This document shows positions 35,750-49,904 of a stretch of 64,000 nt of DNA, in pieces. The stretch lies in assembly GCA_951406725.2 (NCBI GenBank), contig OX597819.1, positions 29,016,001 to 29,080,000 of the forward strand, written 5' to 3'. Numbering within the stretch: the stretch's first letter is position 1; the number at the start of each line of letters is the position of its first letter. Under the pieces are notes generated by a model, which was given only the letters and a program-made list of their open reading frames with translations, ran no database searches and was not told the origin of the DNA. Source of the DNA: Octopus vulgaris (taxonomy: Eukaryota). A program made the translations under genes and the position numbers.

Positions 35750-38700
35750 ATATCCTAAATTATTTTCTGAAGACCACCTGCTATGAGGAACCCCTCTACA
35801 TGTAATTTACATTTTCCAGAAATCTGTTTCAATCAGCTTTCAATAGTTAAAGGTCAAATAATCTTGGTTGCAAATTTAAGCAGAATGTTCAGATGTGATC
35901 TGTGAGTAGATTGATACAATCCACTTTTATAAATGTGTCAGATACAGACATAAACACATTCACAAAGTATTTCTCACAGGTAAAGATGCAGTTTATTTTA
36001 TTCATATACAAAAATGTTTCTTCTGAGTAACAAAATGGAGGTAGTTACTGGTGTTTAGTCTGAGGTCAGTCCTGATCACGTAGATCTATGATTGAATATA
36101 TTCCCACCATGACCATCTCATCTGCTTGTGTAATTAGGACTACATTGTTCAACTTGTCACTTTTTTTTTTAAAGATAAGAAATTATGGTTTGAGGGATGA
36201 TTTGTTGGCTATTTCTTAGTAGGTTGAGTAATGGCTATGTGTTTAACATGCTGGAATAAAAACTAAATAGTCACAAATTCCACTCTGAATACTCAAGCAA
36301 TCGTGCTTTGCTTGTAAGAAATGCAAATAAATGTTTATGTTAGCTTGTGTAATTATTAACAGGTTCTATTCCTAGCAAGAGCCTAAAAGAATGGCCAAGT
36401 AGCATAGCAAAGAAAGCTGAATTACGTCCCTTAGCTGGCAAACACCACCAGATGGTGGAGATAGTTGAATTAGGTGGCATAACAGTCGACACCAATATTT
36501 TCCAGCATTTACCATTTTGGTACACCCAAGAGCACAATTTCTCTTCTGCTTAAAGGCCAATAAATTTTATTTATTTTGGTAAAACAGCCCTCAAAATATA
36601 TAAATATCCATCTTTGTGAAATGCCATTCTATTTATACTGGCAGTTACAAAAACAGATGCTGAAACAATGAAATAAATTTAAAAGAATGGATGCTATACA
36701 ATAATCCTTTCTGCTATAGGCACAAGGCCTGACGTTTTGGGGAATTACATTGAAAAGATGAAAGGCAAACTCAGACTCAGTGTAATTTGAACTTGAGGGT
36801 GTAAAGCCAGAAGAAATGCTGTGAAGTGTCTTGTCCAACATGCTAACAATTCTGCCAGCTCACTACCTTATGCCATACAATAAAAAGATAAGTGTTGTAA
36901 AGTTTGCTTAACTACTAATTCACAGTAATTAGCAGGTCATTTCACAGATTATAAAAAGTAAAATTTAAAACATTGAAAATTAAACACAAGTCTTTACTGT
37001 TGAGATGAAAAATCAACAACATTGTCAGTAAATAGTGTTATTTCTAAATATATATTACAATACAATCTGTTATTCTAAGCATACATGCATGTCTACAGAT
37101 GCCTGCCTGCCTTCTTTCTTTCCTTTCTTCTTCCTTTTTTAGAAGTCAAGTGTAGGAGATAGTAGACAATATCATTAGAATTTTTCAGTTTCTATGAGAA
37201 ATAAAGAATTTACAGGAAGGGCAATTTTTTGTTTTTTTTAGTGATTATAGGAAGTTAAGCAAAACTGTTTACTACACCATACACTGTGGAAGATAAATTA
37301 ACAGGAATATGTGAGGATATTCATAAAGCTATAAAAAGAAGCAAGTAGCTTCAATAAATGTGCCGAAATGAACAGATAGAAAAACATGTCCATATGGTGA
37401 TTTAACCATATGGTTAAATAGGAATTGGCGGCTAAATAAAAACAGCAAATAAAGCTGGTTGCCATTGTTGGGAATAAAATAAATGAGAAGAGCTCAGTTA
37501 TTCCACCTCTCAGAAAACTATAGTCTGATCAATATATTTTATGTACATTTTAAGCAAGAATTTTGCCCAAGCTACTCACTTTATCTTTCATTCTTCTGGG
37601 GCTGATAAAATAAATACCAGTTAACTACTGGAGTCAATATCATTGACTAAACCTCCACAAAATGTATGGCTTGTACCAAAGTTAGAAATCAATATATTTT
37701 CGTCTACAGTGATATATGATAACTGATATGCCGGTGGCACGTAAAAAGCACCAACCGATCGTGGCCATTGTCAGCCTTGCCCGGCACGTAAAAAGCACCA
37801 ACTACACTCATGGAGTGGTTGGCGTTAGGAAGGGCATCCAGCTGTAGGAACCCTGCCAGATCAGACTGGGCCTGGTGCAACCTCCTGGCTTGTGCAACCT
37901 CCTGGCTTCCCAGACCCCAGTCGAACCGTCCAACCCATGCTAGCATTGAAAACGGATGTTAAACGATGATGATGATGATGCTGACTATGCTGCTTAATTA
38001 TTTTTTCTTGAAAATGAGAATATCAAGTTTAGAATTACTATTGCAGAGTGATTAGAACATTTAGTATATATTGAGGAATGTAAAGAAGATTTTTCTATTG
38101 GAAATTAGAGAAAAAAATACAAGATATTTTTATATATAATCCTTGTGTTACTATATTTTTGTTGAAATAGATTGCCTTCATTTAGAATAATTTTGAAAAG
38201 AATGAAGAATTTAGAAATATACCTAAGACAAATTAACATGAAGTTTTGATGAAATATTTTAATTTAGATGACTTTAAAACAGGAAGTCTGTGTCAAAGAA
38301 CCGGAGGCAGTCTCAAGGTGATTTAGTATCAAAAGACTAATGCAGAATGAAAGTTTGAGAAAACAAAACAAACTAATTAAAGAGCAAACACTGTGTTATC
38401 AAAAAGTTTGTAAATAGGGTGACTTTCAATAGATAGAAAATTTTTCAGAATAATTAGCTTCAAGATTTGGAAGCTGCCAAAGTATATAAATTATAGAACT
38501 CTATAAATTTTAATTAAAGTAATTTAGGAGGGAAATAAGAAAACAGCGGTGTCATTTTATAAAAATTTATACAAGACTAGAAACCATAAATGCTTCATGT
38601 TATTTCTACATGGAAATAAAACACACACACACACACATGCAAACACATTTTTGTTTTTAATCAAATGTTTCCCTCCATATATGTATTGTTAAGGAGTACA

Positions 38701-39967
38701 GAGACTCAAATTAACAAGGGAACAGAACCAAAGTAACAAGGATGAAAAAAATGAACAGATGAAGTGTTGCAAAATCATTATGTAAGAACTAAAGTTAATT
38801 TATTTTAATTTCAATTACTCACTGTTTAGCATTCAAAAGCCACGGCATAAAACCTATAAGAAAAACAAATAAAAAAATATATATTTTTGAAATTTTAGGA
38901 AAAATTAACATTGAAACATTTTAAGAAAGAGTAAAGAAACATGCATGTAAAAAAAATTATATTTTCAATGCAGGTTTTTCTTAAAAATTCCTTTGTTTTA
39001 TATTTTATAGTTTTAACCAAAAAAGTAGATAAAATATTGACGATAACATTTAAAACGTGGTGGCTATCTTAATGAATCAAAGATGGAGCATTTGATTACT
39101 TAGAGTCAACAGAAGATAAAGATTATAAAAGATTTTAATGGAGGATCCAATTTGTAAATAAACAAATTTTTGTTATTGATTCTCTTTGATCAATTAGGAT
39201 TGTAATAGGAAAGGTTAAATGAGTACTTGGGAATTAGAGTCTTGGGAAATGGGAGAAAGAGAAAAAAGGGACAAGAAGGTAGAGGAAAATAGAAAAATAA
39301 GCACATAATTTAGAGGGGATACAGAGTTAAATGGATAGTGTAAAGATGAAAGAAAAGCAAAAATGATAAAAGAAAAACACTGAACTTGAAAGGAGAGTAT
39401 AAAATAAAGGCTTTCAGGGAATAAAATGAAAAGTTCTAAAAGAAGTTAACAGAACATGTGGAAACACAAAGAGACAAAAAGAACATAAAAGGAGCTAGAA
39501 CATATAAAAAAGGTTGGGGTGGGGGGGGGGGGGGTGCTCTTGAATGTAAATGAGTGACAAGGAGAATCAAAGTACTAAATTTGAAAGAGACTAAAGGAAA
39601 GATGTAAAATATGGATTTGAGGGGTTTTTCTTTTTGGAAATTAAGATCACAACGATGGCAAAGTGAAATAAAGAGGAAACAGCTGTAATATTTTAAAGTA
39701 ATACATTTAATATTCTTTCAATTTGCATGTTTTACTGATGTCATTAGATAGATTAAGTCAGAAAATAACAATCAGACGATCGCATATTTTTGAGTGGATA
39801 TTATTACATTTGGATATTACACCCGACCTGACCCGACCCCACAAACATCTGTTATGGAACCCCACCCCAGTCTTTACAGCTATTAATGAGTTAATAAAAT
39901 AAATGGCATCTGGCACAAGTTTTGAACCTATGCTCTATATATCTAATATCTTAATTTACATGCTTTG

Positions 39968-40008
<41 letters not shown>

Positions 40009-40012
<4 letters not shown>

Positions 40013-40616
40013 AATTGTTTGAGTCATTTGACTGGCCATGCTGGTGCACTGCCTTGAAGCATTTTTGGTTGAACAAAACAACCCAAGTACTTATTTTTTG
40101 TTAAACTTGGTATTTATTCCATTAGTCTCTTTCTGTCAAACTGCTAAGTTACGGAGGTGTAAACACACCAACACCAGTTGTCAAGTGGTAGTGGAGGACA
40201 AACAGACAGACAACACACACACACACACGGCAGGCTTCTTTTACTTACTACTTACCAAATCCACCCACAAGGCTTTGGTCATTCTGAGGCTATAATAGAA
40301 GACGCTCGCCCAGGGCACCACACTGTGGGACTGAACCCAGAACCATGTGGTTGGTAAGCAAGCTTCTTACTACACAGCCACTCCTGTGCCTTCTTAGCAT
40401 ACAGCTACACCTGCACCTATATATCTTTTACTTCTTTCAGTTGTCAGACTGCAACCATACTGGGGCACTGCTTTGAAGAGTGTATTAAAGTCTGGTATTT
40501 ATTGTATCAATCTCTTTTGCTGCACCACTAAGTTACAGAGGTTGTAAACAAACCAATACTAGTTGCCAAGTTGTGGGGTTGGTGGTGCACACTCAATGGG
40601 CTTCCATACAGTTTCC
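40009..40616 (-). mobile_element. Two adjacent decayed family A SINEs
   Basis: Tail and head motifs at 40009-40390 and 40425-40616. Confidence 0.8.
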
Positions 40617-41173
40617 ATCATCATTTAACATGAGTCCCCACTCCGATGCTGGTATGGGTTAGACAATTCTACAGGATTGAACAAGTAGGGGGACTACCTC
40701 AAATTCCAGTGTCTATTTTGGTAAGGTTTCTATAGGTGGATTTTCGTCCTTGTGTCAATAATTTACAGAGTGTAAATGATGCTTTTGCACAGCACTAGAG
40801 AGGTCACCTTACAGCTTGAAAGACTAAAGAGCCTAAAGGGGTCCCTATAACTGATGGAGAATAGGAGAGATATTGTGTGTGATGGCAGAGAGCAGTAGTG
40901 GCGAGAGCAAAACAGTAGTCACTATTGGGAATGATAGTTTTTGGGAAATAGAGAAAATTAAAGGATCTGTGACAAGAAAAGCATCTAGCTGTGAAATATT
41001 GTCTCAAATAACTTCTCAATGACCCTATGCCAGCATGGGAAAAAAAATGGATGTAAACAAACAGATTGTTGCCAATAGAATCCAGCAACATAAAAATCTT
41101 ATAGTTTTGGGTTCAGAAAAGTTTTCTTTAAGATTAAGGTTTTAAGTTAGACTAATCTCCTAGATTATATCTA

Positions 41174-41270
41174 TATTAAATTTCTTCTGAGATGAAATTT
41201 CATCCCTTGTTAAGAATTATTTATTAGATTTTTTTCTGAGATTTAATCTCATGCCTTGTTCAGAATTATT
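41174..41270. repeat. ~48-bp tandem duplication
   Basis: tatta.att...ttctgagat..aat.tcat.ccttgtt.agaattatt occurs twice. Confidence 0.8.
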
Positions 41271-43204
41271 CTATGATACTAATAGTAGATATACATAAAA
41301 TAAAACTGCTTTCTCCTGATTCCTTTCACATAGACTACCTTTAAAAAAAATTTGGTGAGATATACAAAAAAAAATATTTTTTTTCCAGGATATTTTCAAC
41401 TAGAACAAAAAGCAGCAATATATTTGTAATATTTTTCTATAATTTCCTCTGTGCTTAATTCTTTCAAAACTTTATTTCACTAATAGTGGAAGATATTTAT
41501 AGACAATAAACTAAACAAGCTGGAATACATAACAAAAAATTACCTTATGGAAAAGTGATAATTTGAAAAGAACATATAAAAATCTGAAAAGAATTTTTGT
41601 TGAAGAAAAAAAAATGGAAGTTTCTAAAGAAGATCATTATTTTTCTGATATATTTTATAATGTTTTATGCAATTGATATACATATATGTATTTTGATATT
41701 TTTGTTACTGAATTTTCAGCATGTAGAATTTTATGAAGATTTTGGCTGTATAAAGAACTTGTCTTGAAAAACTTAAGATCGAAAATTGGCTATTGACTAA
41801 AAATAGACTCTTTTCAAGATTCCCTTTATTTTAAGTCAGTTCCTGCTTAATGTTGTCTCTTCTTCTATATGTCATTTGAACAAATAAGGATGATAGCCAA
41901 CTAAACAACTTGAAATTGTTTAAAGAACTGATATTGTGCATCTCATCAAACTTCAGCACAAACGATTGCCAAACAATGAAACAGAAAGTAAAGTCCTAAC
42001 ATAATTAAAGTATGTAATTAAAATTGAATAAGCAGGAAGGAGAAAAACAAATATCTTAACGAGTAATTCTGTACAAGACAGAGAGAGTAGACAACCTTGG
42101 AATTTAAATTAGTTACAATTAATTAAAAAGAGAATGCAGTGAGTGGAGGGAGTGAGTCTGATCTTTGGTAGTACAATAATAACTCTAGACATGTTTTGGT
42201 TTTATCAGCAAAGTAAAGTCTGACCATTACTGCCAGATCTTAGATAATAGGTAGATTATAGAATTTTAATGACTGAATGAATGCTAAATGTTGTAACAAC
42301 TTGGAATGACTGGGGAAAATACCTAGGGAGACCTGGTGCAAGGAAAACAAATAGCAAAGTCACTGTAATTAATGCTGAAAGCTCATTGCACTTAAACTTA
42401 ATAGTAAACAGTATTAAGCAAATTTTGGTTATAATAGCTAGTGGTAGATAATATATCCTTATAAAATGTTTAAATAAAGAAAAGAAACAACAGTATATTT
42501 AGCAACATTATCTTATGTAGACTCTTGGTATGGATGGAGCTAAATAATAGAATGTGAATTGGAGTGTAGGAAGGAAGTTCCCTGGAAAAGGTTCCAATTT
42601 AGATAATAATTATGTGGATAGAATATGTAGTTCACTAGTGAATATTACTGAATCATAAACCAAACTGACTATAAAGAATAAATTTGCAACATCATTCTTT
42701 ATACAAAATATATCACTTCAACATCATTAAGTTTATAAAAATTACGCTTTGTTGAAATATCTTTACCTAAGCATTATTATATCTTTTTTATTGAGTCTAA
42801 GGAAGAGGGTCCCCATTCGTAGCCTTTTCAAGGCTTTCTCAAAGGTGAGGACAAAGTGATTGAACTTTAGTTATTTGAATCCCTCTATTTTGATGTCCAC
42901 AGAGAAAGGGAGTGTGGAATCCAAGGCGGGTTTCAAAGGGTTGTACCTCTGGAAGAAAGGTTTGGGAAATGATTTTCTTTTATCACAGAGTCCAAGTGAT
43001 GATACTTTGTATAGATGATAACAAGGAAAAGGTGGTTGCATTAAACACAAAACCTTCATAACAGCAGAGAGCATTGTGGTAAAAATATGAGATAAGGAGG
43101 ACAATGGCATTTTAGTTGGCTTGAAGGTGCAACATGCAAGTCAGTAAAGGTTTGTGTAGAAAGCAGTTTCTCCACTGCAGATATGTGAATAGTATTTTAA
43201 ATAT

Positions 43205-43399
43205 GGAGGACGAAAGAGAAGCAGACAGAGAAAATACTAGTTTCACAACATCAAAGACTGGACGGATCACTACACAACAGACCTGCTACACATGACAAAG
43301 AACAGAGACCAGTGACGATGGCTGACTAAGAAAGCATCTAGAGTGGCATTCCAATGACTGGTTGCATCAGTTAAAGGACCTTGATGATGATGATGATGA
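43205..43399 (+). mobile_element. Second RTE-clade LINE family, extreme 3' end with (GAT)n tail
   Basis: Translation GGRKRSRQRKY*FHNIKDWT....DLLHMTKNRDQ*R, followed by tgatgatgatgatgatga. Confidence 0.75.
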
Positions 43400-44567
43400 A
43401 TTTAGTATGGGTTGATTTGTAGTTTGTAAAGAGTCAATAACTATTGAAATATTTTGTGGGCCCTAAAGTGGAAGGCAAACCATTTGAAATATAATGTAGA
43501 AGAATTAAATTAATAAAAGGATGAAACCTGGGTCTGTGTGTATCATATAAGCCTAGAGATGGGAATGATGATTTCCCTTTGCAAATAATAATCAGACACA
43601 GTGTGTCATTAGCCAGCTGGAGGAGATGTCTTCCTGGGGCTATAAAAACAGTAGCATCATCCTCTATGGGACTGCCACATTTAGGTGGCAAATATACTTA
43701 ACAATAAAAGACAATATTTTTGAGGTAGGCATCAAATGTAGCTGTGTAAAAAAACCAATCATAGGGTATAATATGTCAGATTTTATTTGTTTCAGCAAAC
43801 AGATTTTATCTCAGAAAATCCACAAGATATCAAAGACTGAATTAACTCAAGTTCTTTAACATGGGGAAGATAATTTCTTAGGAATTTTATACATATGAAC
43901 AGCAACTCAGTGAAAGGAATAAACAAAATTATATTTAAGCTAAATTGAAACAATAAATAGGTGCCTCAATAAAAGTTTAAATAGAGAAACAATAATTATC
44001 TAAATTAAAATAAAATGAATTAAATAGAAAGAAATGTAATCAGAAAACAATTGCTAACGATCAGTGTTTTTATTTGTATTAGAATCTTATTAGAAGGAAC
44101 ATTGGCTTGTTTATTTGCAAAAATATCATATAGCTGGGGTGGGTGTGGCTGTGCAGTAAAGAATTTTGTATTGTGGCTGTGTGGTGTTGGATTCAAACTC
44201 TTTGCACGACAATTTTGCCAAGTGTCTTCTTTTTTTTTGTTTTTTTAACTATTGTCTCACTTTGAATGTGGAATTTGACAGACAGAAACCATGTGAAAGC
44301 TCAATATGGAAAGCATGCTTGTTCTTGGGTGGTAGACATAATCCATCACCTAGTTTAATTCCACCTACTTGGCTCTTAAGGAAGGTGTCTTTAGCAGAGT
44401 TACAACTTAGTTGCAAGAGCCAAGTTTCCAGTCAAAAGAAACTTTCTCCTTTTCATCTACTAGACTTGGAGACCTTGAAAATGCGTATGGTCAATGATCT
44501 CCTTCCTCTGATTAAGCCATAATCCCCCAGCCACACAGACAAAACAAAATGGAATCAGGAATCACAT

Positions 44568-44615
<48 letters not shown>

Positions 44616-44662
44616 ACGCACACACATATATACATATACTTACAAATACACATATACATACT

Positions 44663-44866
44663 TTTCTACTCTAGGCACAGAAATTTTGGGGCAGGGACCA
44701 GTTGATTAGATCGACTCCAGTATGCAACTGGTACTTAATTTATCGATCCTGAAAGGATGAAAAGCAAAGTTGACCTCGGTGGAATTTGAACTCAGAATGT
44801 AAAGACAGATGAAATACTGCTAAGCATTTCGCATGGTGTGCTAATGTTTCTGCCAGCTTGCCACCT
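44663..44866 (-). mobile_element. Family B SINE
   Basis: Full Meta core and head. Confidence 0.85.
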
Positions 44867-46864
44867 TTATACACACGCTATGTCATTTTCAACTTTATAT
44901 ATATTTCCCCCACCACTCATCTATTCAACTCCCTGCTACCTGTATTCTCCCCCCCACCTCTATCTCCTACACTCACAAATATTCCTGCACACAATCTTTA
45001 TTGTCGAATCTGTTTACTTCAACTTATCTTTCTAATACTTCCTCCCTCTCACTGCATTCTCTCTACCCTTCATCTCCCACTCTCCTTTCAAAATCTCTGA
45101 AACTTACCCACTCACTCTCTTCCATTTACCTGGTCCACATTACTACATACACCTCCCTGTAACCTGGGACTATGCTCCTCCCACTGCACTGCATCTTCAC
45201 CGTCTTCTCTCTCTCCCCCACTACCTCAATACTACTCTCTCCACCATCTTCAGTTGAAGGGTCTGGTCTTGCAAGTCACTTGGTGACCTTACTGCTGCTG
45301 GTGTCATGTAAAAAAGCACCCAGTACACTCTGTATAGTGGTTGGTGTTAGGAAGGGCACCCAGCTGTAGAAACTATGCAAAAACAGACAACAGGGCATGG
45401 TGCAGTCTTCTGACTTGTCAGTTCCTGTTGAACTGCTCAACCCATGCCAACAAGAAAAATATATAATGATGATGATGATGACAACGATGTGTATACATGT
45501 GTGTGAAAGTTCTTGTGTCCTTTAGATATGGGGAATATAGACACGTAATCTTTTTATCTTTTACTTGTTTTAGTCAGTAGACTGCAGCCATGCTGGGGCA
45601 CTGCCTTGAACAATTTTTAATTAAATGAATTTTTTTCTAAGCCTGGTACTTATTCAATTGGTCGCTTTTGATGAAATGCAATAATGATAATAACTGGGTT
45701 AGAAAAAGGAAGGGACGAAGTCATACCTGATCTGGAATGGATTTTACTAAAGGTATGCTAGGGTCAGATGGACAAGTTAAACAGGGTGATGGATTAAATC
45801 ATCACAGAACAAAGACAATCCCTCTCCATTCGCCTACACACAGTTTAATGTTTGTCAAATTTTACTCTAAGTGATTTAGCCAACCTGATGTAAGGTGTGA
45901 TTTGTGGAATATTTGGCTGTTATTTTAGCAGATCAGGTGCCTGCTTACAGGCTCCTTTCATTGGCTGATTTGGTAAGTAGAAATAAGTTGCAAAAGCCAT
46001 AAAGGAAAATGAAGGCCTTGGTAAATTTTTAACCACATTAATATACATTGTATAATACTCCATTCTAGTTCTCTAAGATACCAAACTTTGACAGAGCTCA
46101 CTCCAGTCTCTTGCCTTGCGGTTCAGTGAAAAAACTATCATTTAATTAATTATACCTCATCTTGTATTCTGATGGAAATGAATGAATTCATAAAGCATTT
46201 ATAATATTTTAAAAGTATTGCTGATACAGAAAATTTGTCATTTCCTGCATTGGAAAATAACAGTGAAAATGAAGCTCAAACCAGTATTATAGCTTTATAA
46301 TCACACATAAGATTACAGCAGAATCACGATGGTTGAAGTGAAAACATTCTACAGACTTTGACCTGAAGAATCCTTCCACATAAATCAAAATCAAAGTTCC
46401 CACTGAGGATCCGTAGCATGATAGGTTTATCCACCAACTTACTCTGAGCCAAAACTTTAAAATTAAGGATCTTACAATGTAAAAGGCAGATAATAATGAT
46501 GAAGAATGAATTGGAGCAAACCTTTAGGAAAAACTTACAAGATGATAATAAAGAAATATAAAAATGAAGTATGTGAATTTTCAATGTCTGTGCTAAGTAG
46601 TTTCAAGTTTCATATGACAATATCTTATGTGGACTGATTTCTTCAGTGGACTGCTACAATAAAATGATGAGAATAAACAAAGGACTTAGTACACATTCAA
46701 TACTAATAAGTGCAGAATTATTTTATGACCATTGTATTGCAGACATCACTTTAAAGTATATCCAACTAGTTTCTTGATTAAATTTGATTTCTCTTTCGAT
46801 ATTAAAAAAGATTAAATAAAACAAGCCCACTTATTAAGTGGCTTTAATCAGATTTAGAGTTTAA

Positions 46865-47083
46865 CCCTTTAATGTTCTAATTATTCTATCAAACATAATG
46901 CTTATTGATTCCCATTGATTTGAATTAATCATGCATTATCTCATATGTTCAAGATCTTGATGGTGTAATTACTTAATGTAGAATAACATTGTAGGGTAGG
47001 TGTGAGAGCCTGGATCTGGTCAGTTTGAACATAAAACAGATTAAATATTTTGGCCGGATATGGCCGGTTTAAATACTAAAGGG
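46865..47083. mobile_element. piggyBac-like TTAA MITE (family 2)
   Basis: TTAA|ccctttaatgtt ... aatactaaaggg|TTAA. Confidence 0.9.
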
Positions 47084-47089
47084 TTAAAC

Positions 47090-47314
47090 CAGTGGGGGTG
47101 CACATAAGGTTTTGTCATTAAAATTTATCTGCAATAAATTGCTTATACTTTTACAACACACAAAATATTTTAACAATTTTTCAAATACAATTCCTCATAA
47201 TATTTAATTGTAAAAATATAAAAGGATTTTTAAATATTGAATGGCTATGAGTGTCCACCTAAATAAAATAGGAATCAAAAAAGTTCATAAGCTAAAAATG
47301 GTAGAAACCAACTG
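47090..47314. mobile_element. hAT (Charlie-like) MITE with 8-bp TSD GTTTAAAC
   Basis: Ends are cagtgg... and ...ccaactg. The right TSD is at 47315-47322; the left TSD is restored by removing the piggyBac MITE. Confidence 0.75.
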
Positions 47315-48437
47315 GTTTAAACTGAATATAATTTCAGTTTATATTTTTTTAAGGAATAAACTTTTACTTCATATCCCATCCCATACTTGCATTAATAATT
47401 GGATTTCAAATATCAATTAAAATTATATTTTCTTAAAAAAAAACAAGCAGCAAAAAAAAACCCCAAAAATAAACTTGCATTAAGGACATCAACTATTTTA
47501 TAATTTAGAATCTTATTTGGTTCTTGACTTTGGATATTAGAGAAATTTTTAATTAACCTAGAAATCTAGGCTGTTATACTCTGAAGTATTCACTATTTTT
47601 ATCCATGTATTTTAAAGTTAGTTTTGGATTTGTAACAATTCAAGGGAATCTAATTTATATTCCACTGCAAATTTAGTAATACTTTTCATTGTTTTGTGTT
47701 TTATAAATACTGTTAATTAACATTGCTCATTTGGAAACATTATATAAATGATACTAATACATTTAGCTAATTTAGAGATATTACATAATAATTTTGGAAT
47801 AATAAGTTTGCTTCCTAATCACATGGTTTCAGTTTCAGCCCCACTACATGGCACCTTGGGCAAGAATCTTCTACTCGCTCTGGGCTGACCAAAGCCTTGT
47901 GAGTGAATATGGAAACTGACAGGAACCCATCATATATGTATGTGTGTGTGTGCGTCTGTCTTCACACTACTTGACAAGTGGTATTAGTTTGTTTACATCC
48001 ATAACTTAGTCTTTTTTGCCAAATTTGCAAAACCACTGACAGAATTCATATCATCATCATCATCACTTAATGTCCATTTTCCATGCTGGCATGGGATGGA
48101 TACCAAGTTCCATAGTCTGTTCTGGCCTGGTTTTTATGGTTGGATGTCCTTCCCAATGCTAACCACTCCACAAAGTGTACTGGGTGCTTTTTATGCGGAA
48201 CCATCATCAGTACGTTTTATTTGGCATTACCACAGGTGCATTTTACACGGCACAAGCACCCACATCAATGCTTCAAGCTTTAAAAAGTAAGGACTGGGGT
48301 TTATTTATTTAACTAAATCCCTTTAAGGCCGTGCCCCAGCATGGCCACAGTCCAGTGACTGAAACAAGTAAAAGATATATACTCAAAAGAACTAGAAATA
48401 AATATTTACTTGTCCAGAACATTCAACAGCAACTAAT

Positions 48438-48822
48438 GGAAGCACTCTGTTGGTTACGACAATGAGGGTTCCGGTTGATCCGAATAAACGGAACAGCCTG
48501 CTCGTGAAATTAACGTGTAAGTGGCTGAGCACTCCACAGACACGTGTACCCTTAACGTAGTTCTCGGGGATATTCAGCGTGACACAGAGAGTGACAAGGC
48601 CGGCCCCTTTGAAATACAGGTACAACAGAAACAGGAAGTAAGAGTGAGAGAAAGTTGTGGTGAAAGAGTACAGCAGGGATCACCACCATACTCTGCCGGA
48701 GCCTCGTGGAGTTTTAGGTGTTTTCGCTCAATAAACACTCACAACGCGAGGTCTGGGAATCGAAACTGCGATCCTATGACCGCGAGTCTGCTGCCCTAAC
48801 CACTGGGCCATTGCGCCCCCAC
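48438..48822 (-). mobile_element. tRNA-derived SINE (family C variant), young, with TSD
   Basis: TSD acagcaac(t/c)aat at 48426-48437 and 48823-48834. The tRNA head reads tggcccagtggttagggcagc...gtttcgattccc. Confidence 0.88.
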
Positions 48823-49862
48823 ACAGCAACCAATATTCCATTGATGACTAGGTTTCTGATTTATATACTTAAGATGTGATAATATATACATTAAAGTTTG
48901 GATAGTCATATGTGGGAGGAATTTCTACCAGCATGGTATTGATTATTTCTACCAGTATGGTATTCAAAAATTGTTAAGACATTCCAAACAAAATCAAATG
49001 GACATAAATGTCAAGAAAGAAATGCTCTGTCTACTCGGGACTTGATGAAAATATTCATTCTTTGTTTTTGTACATTTAGTTAATTCTACAGTTTCAAACT
49101 TCTTATAAAGTTTAGTTTTTAGATTTTCTAAAAATCAAGGAACTGTCAATATATTTCCCAGAGTACAATTTCTATCAATAACAACTTTATTTCACCTCAA
49201 CTCCAGTAAGCAAGTTGTAATAAAAATCGGAATGAAACCTTTATGGAATGCTAAGTTGTATAGGAAATCATAAGTGAATAACAGAACACTATTGATCAAG
49301 AGTCAAAAACGAAAATATTGAAAGAAACAAAACATTTTGATTATTTGGAAAATTCCACTCAAATCGATTTTAGATTTTCCCAATATTTTTCCATGTCTTC
49401 TATTTTGGTTTGAAGATATTCAAAAACTCATGTCATTCCAGGTAGTAGTGTAACGTAAATCGTTTTTTTTTTTTCTTTTTAAATAGTAAAATCAATTTAA
49501 AAAGTAACTTATTTTTGAATTCATCATGAAATCATATAATGTAGAAGCTGAAAGAAACCTATTGCATAAGTGAATTAGTGGGTGCATGTGTGAGTGTGTA
49601 TGCTTCTGTGTATGTGTGCACGTGTTTACACTTGTGTTTTTCCAAACATCACAAGTGGTGAAGCTGTTGTCTTCTCCCCCCCCCCCGCCTCCGTCCACAA
49701 ATGGTCCATTCGTTTTGCATCTTTATGACATGTAATGGCATTAGGAAGGGCATCCAGCTGTAGAAACACTGCCAGATGTGACTGGCCTGGTGCAGCCTTC
49801 GGGCTTCCCAGACCCCAGTTGAACCGTCCAACCCATGCTGGCATGGAAAGCGGACGTTAAAC

Positions 49863-49904
<42 letters not shown>

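Noticed and set aside
38075-38088. ggaatgtaaagaag, 14 nt identical to miR-1
   Set aside because: The rest of the mature sequence and a complementary star arm are absent.
39513-39536. G-run able to form a G-quadruplex
   Set aside because: It is an isolated homopolymer in low-complexity purine-rich sequence with no supporting context.
42000-43160. Possible very old LINE remnant on the minus strand
   Set aside because: I could not read a convincing RT or endonuclease motif. A nearby VYLPP-like word (about 43690) abuts an unrelated repeat. It needs a profile search.
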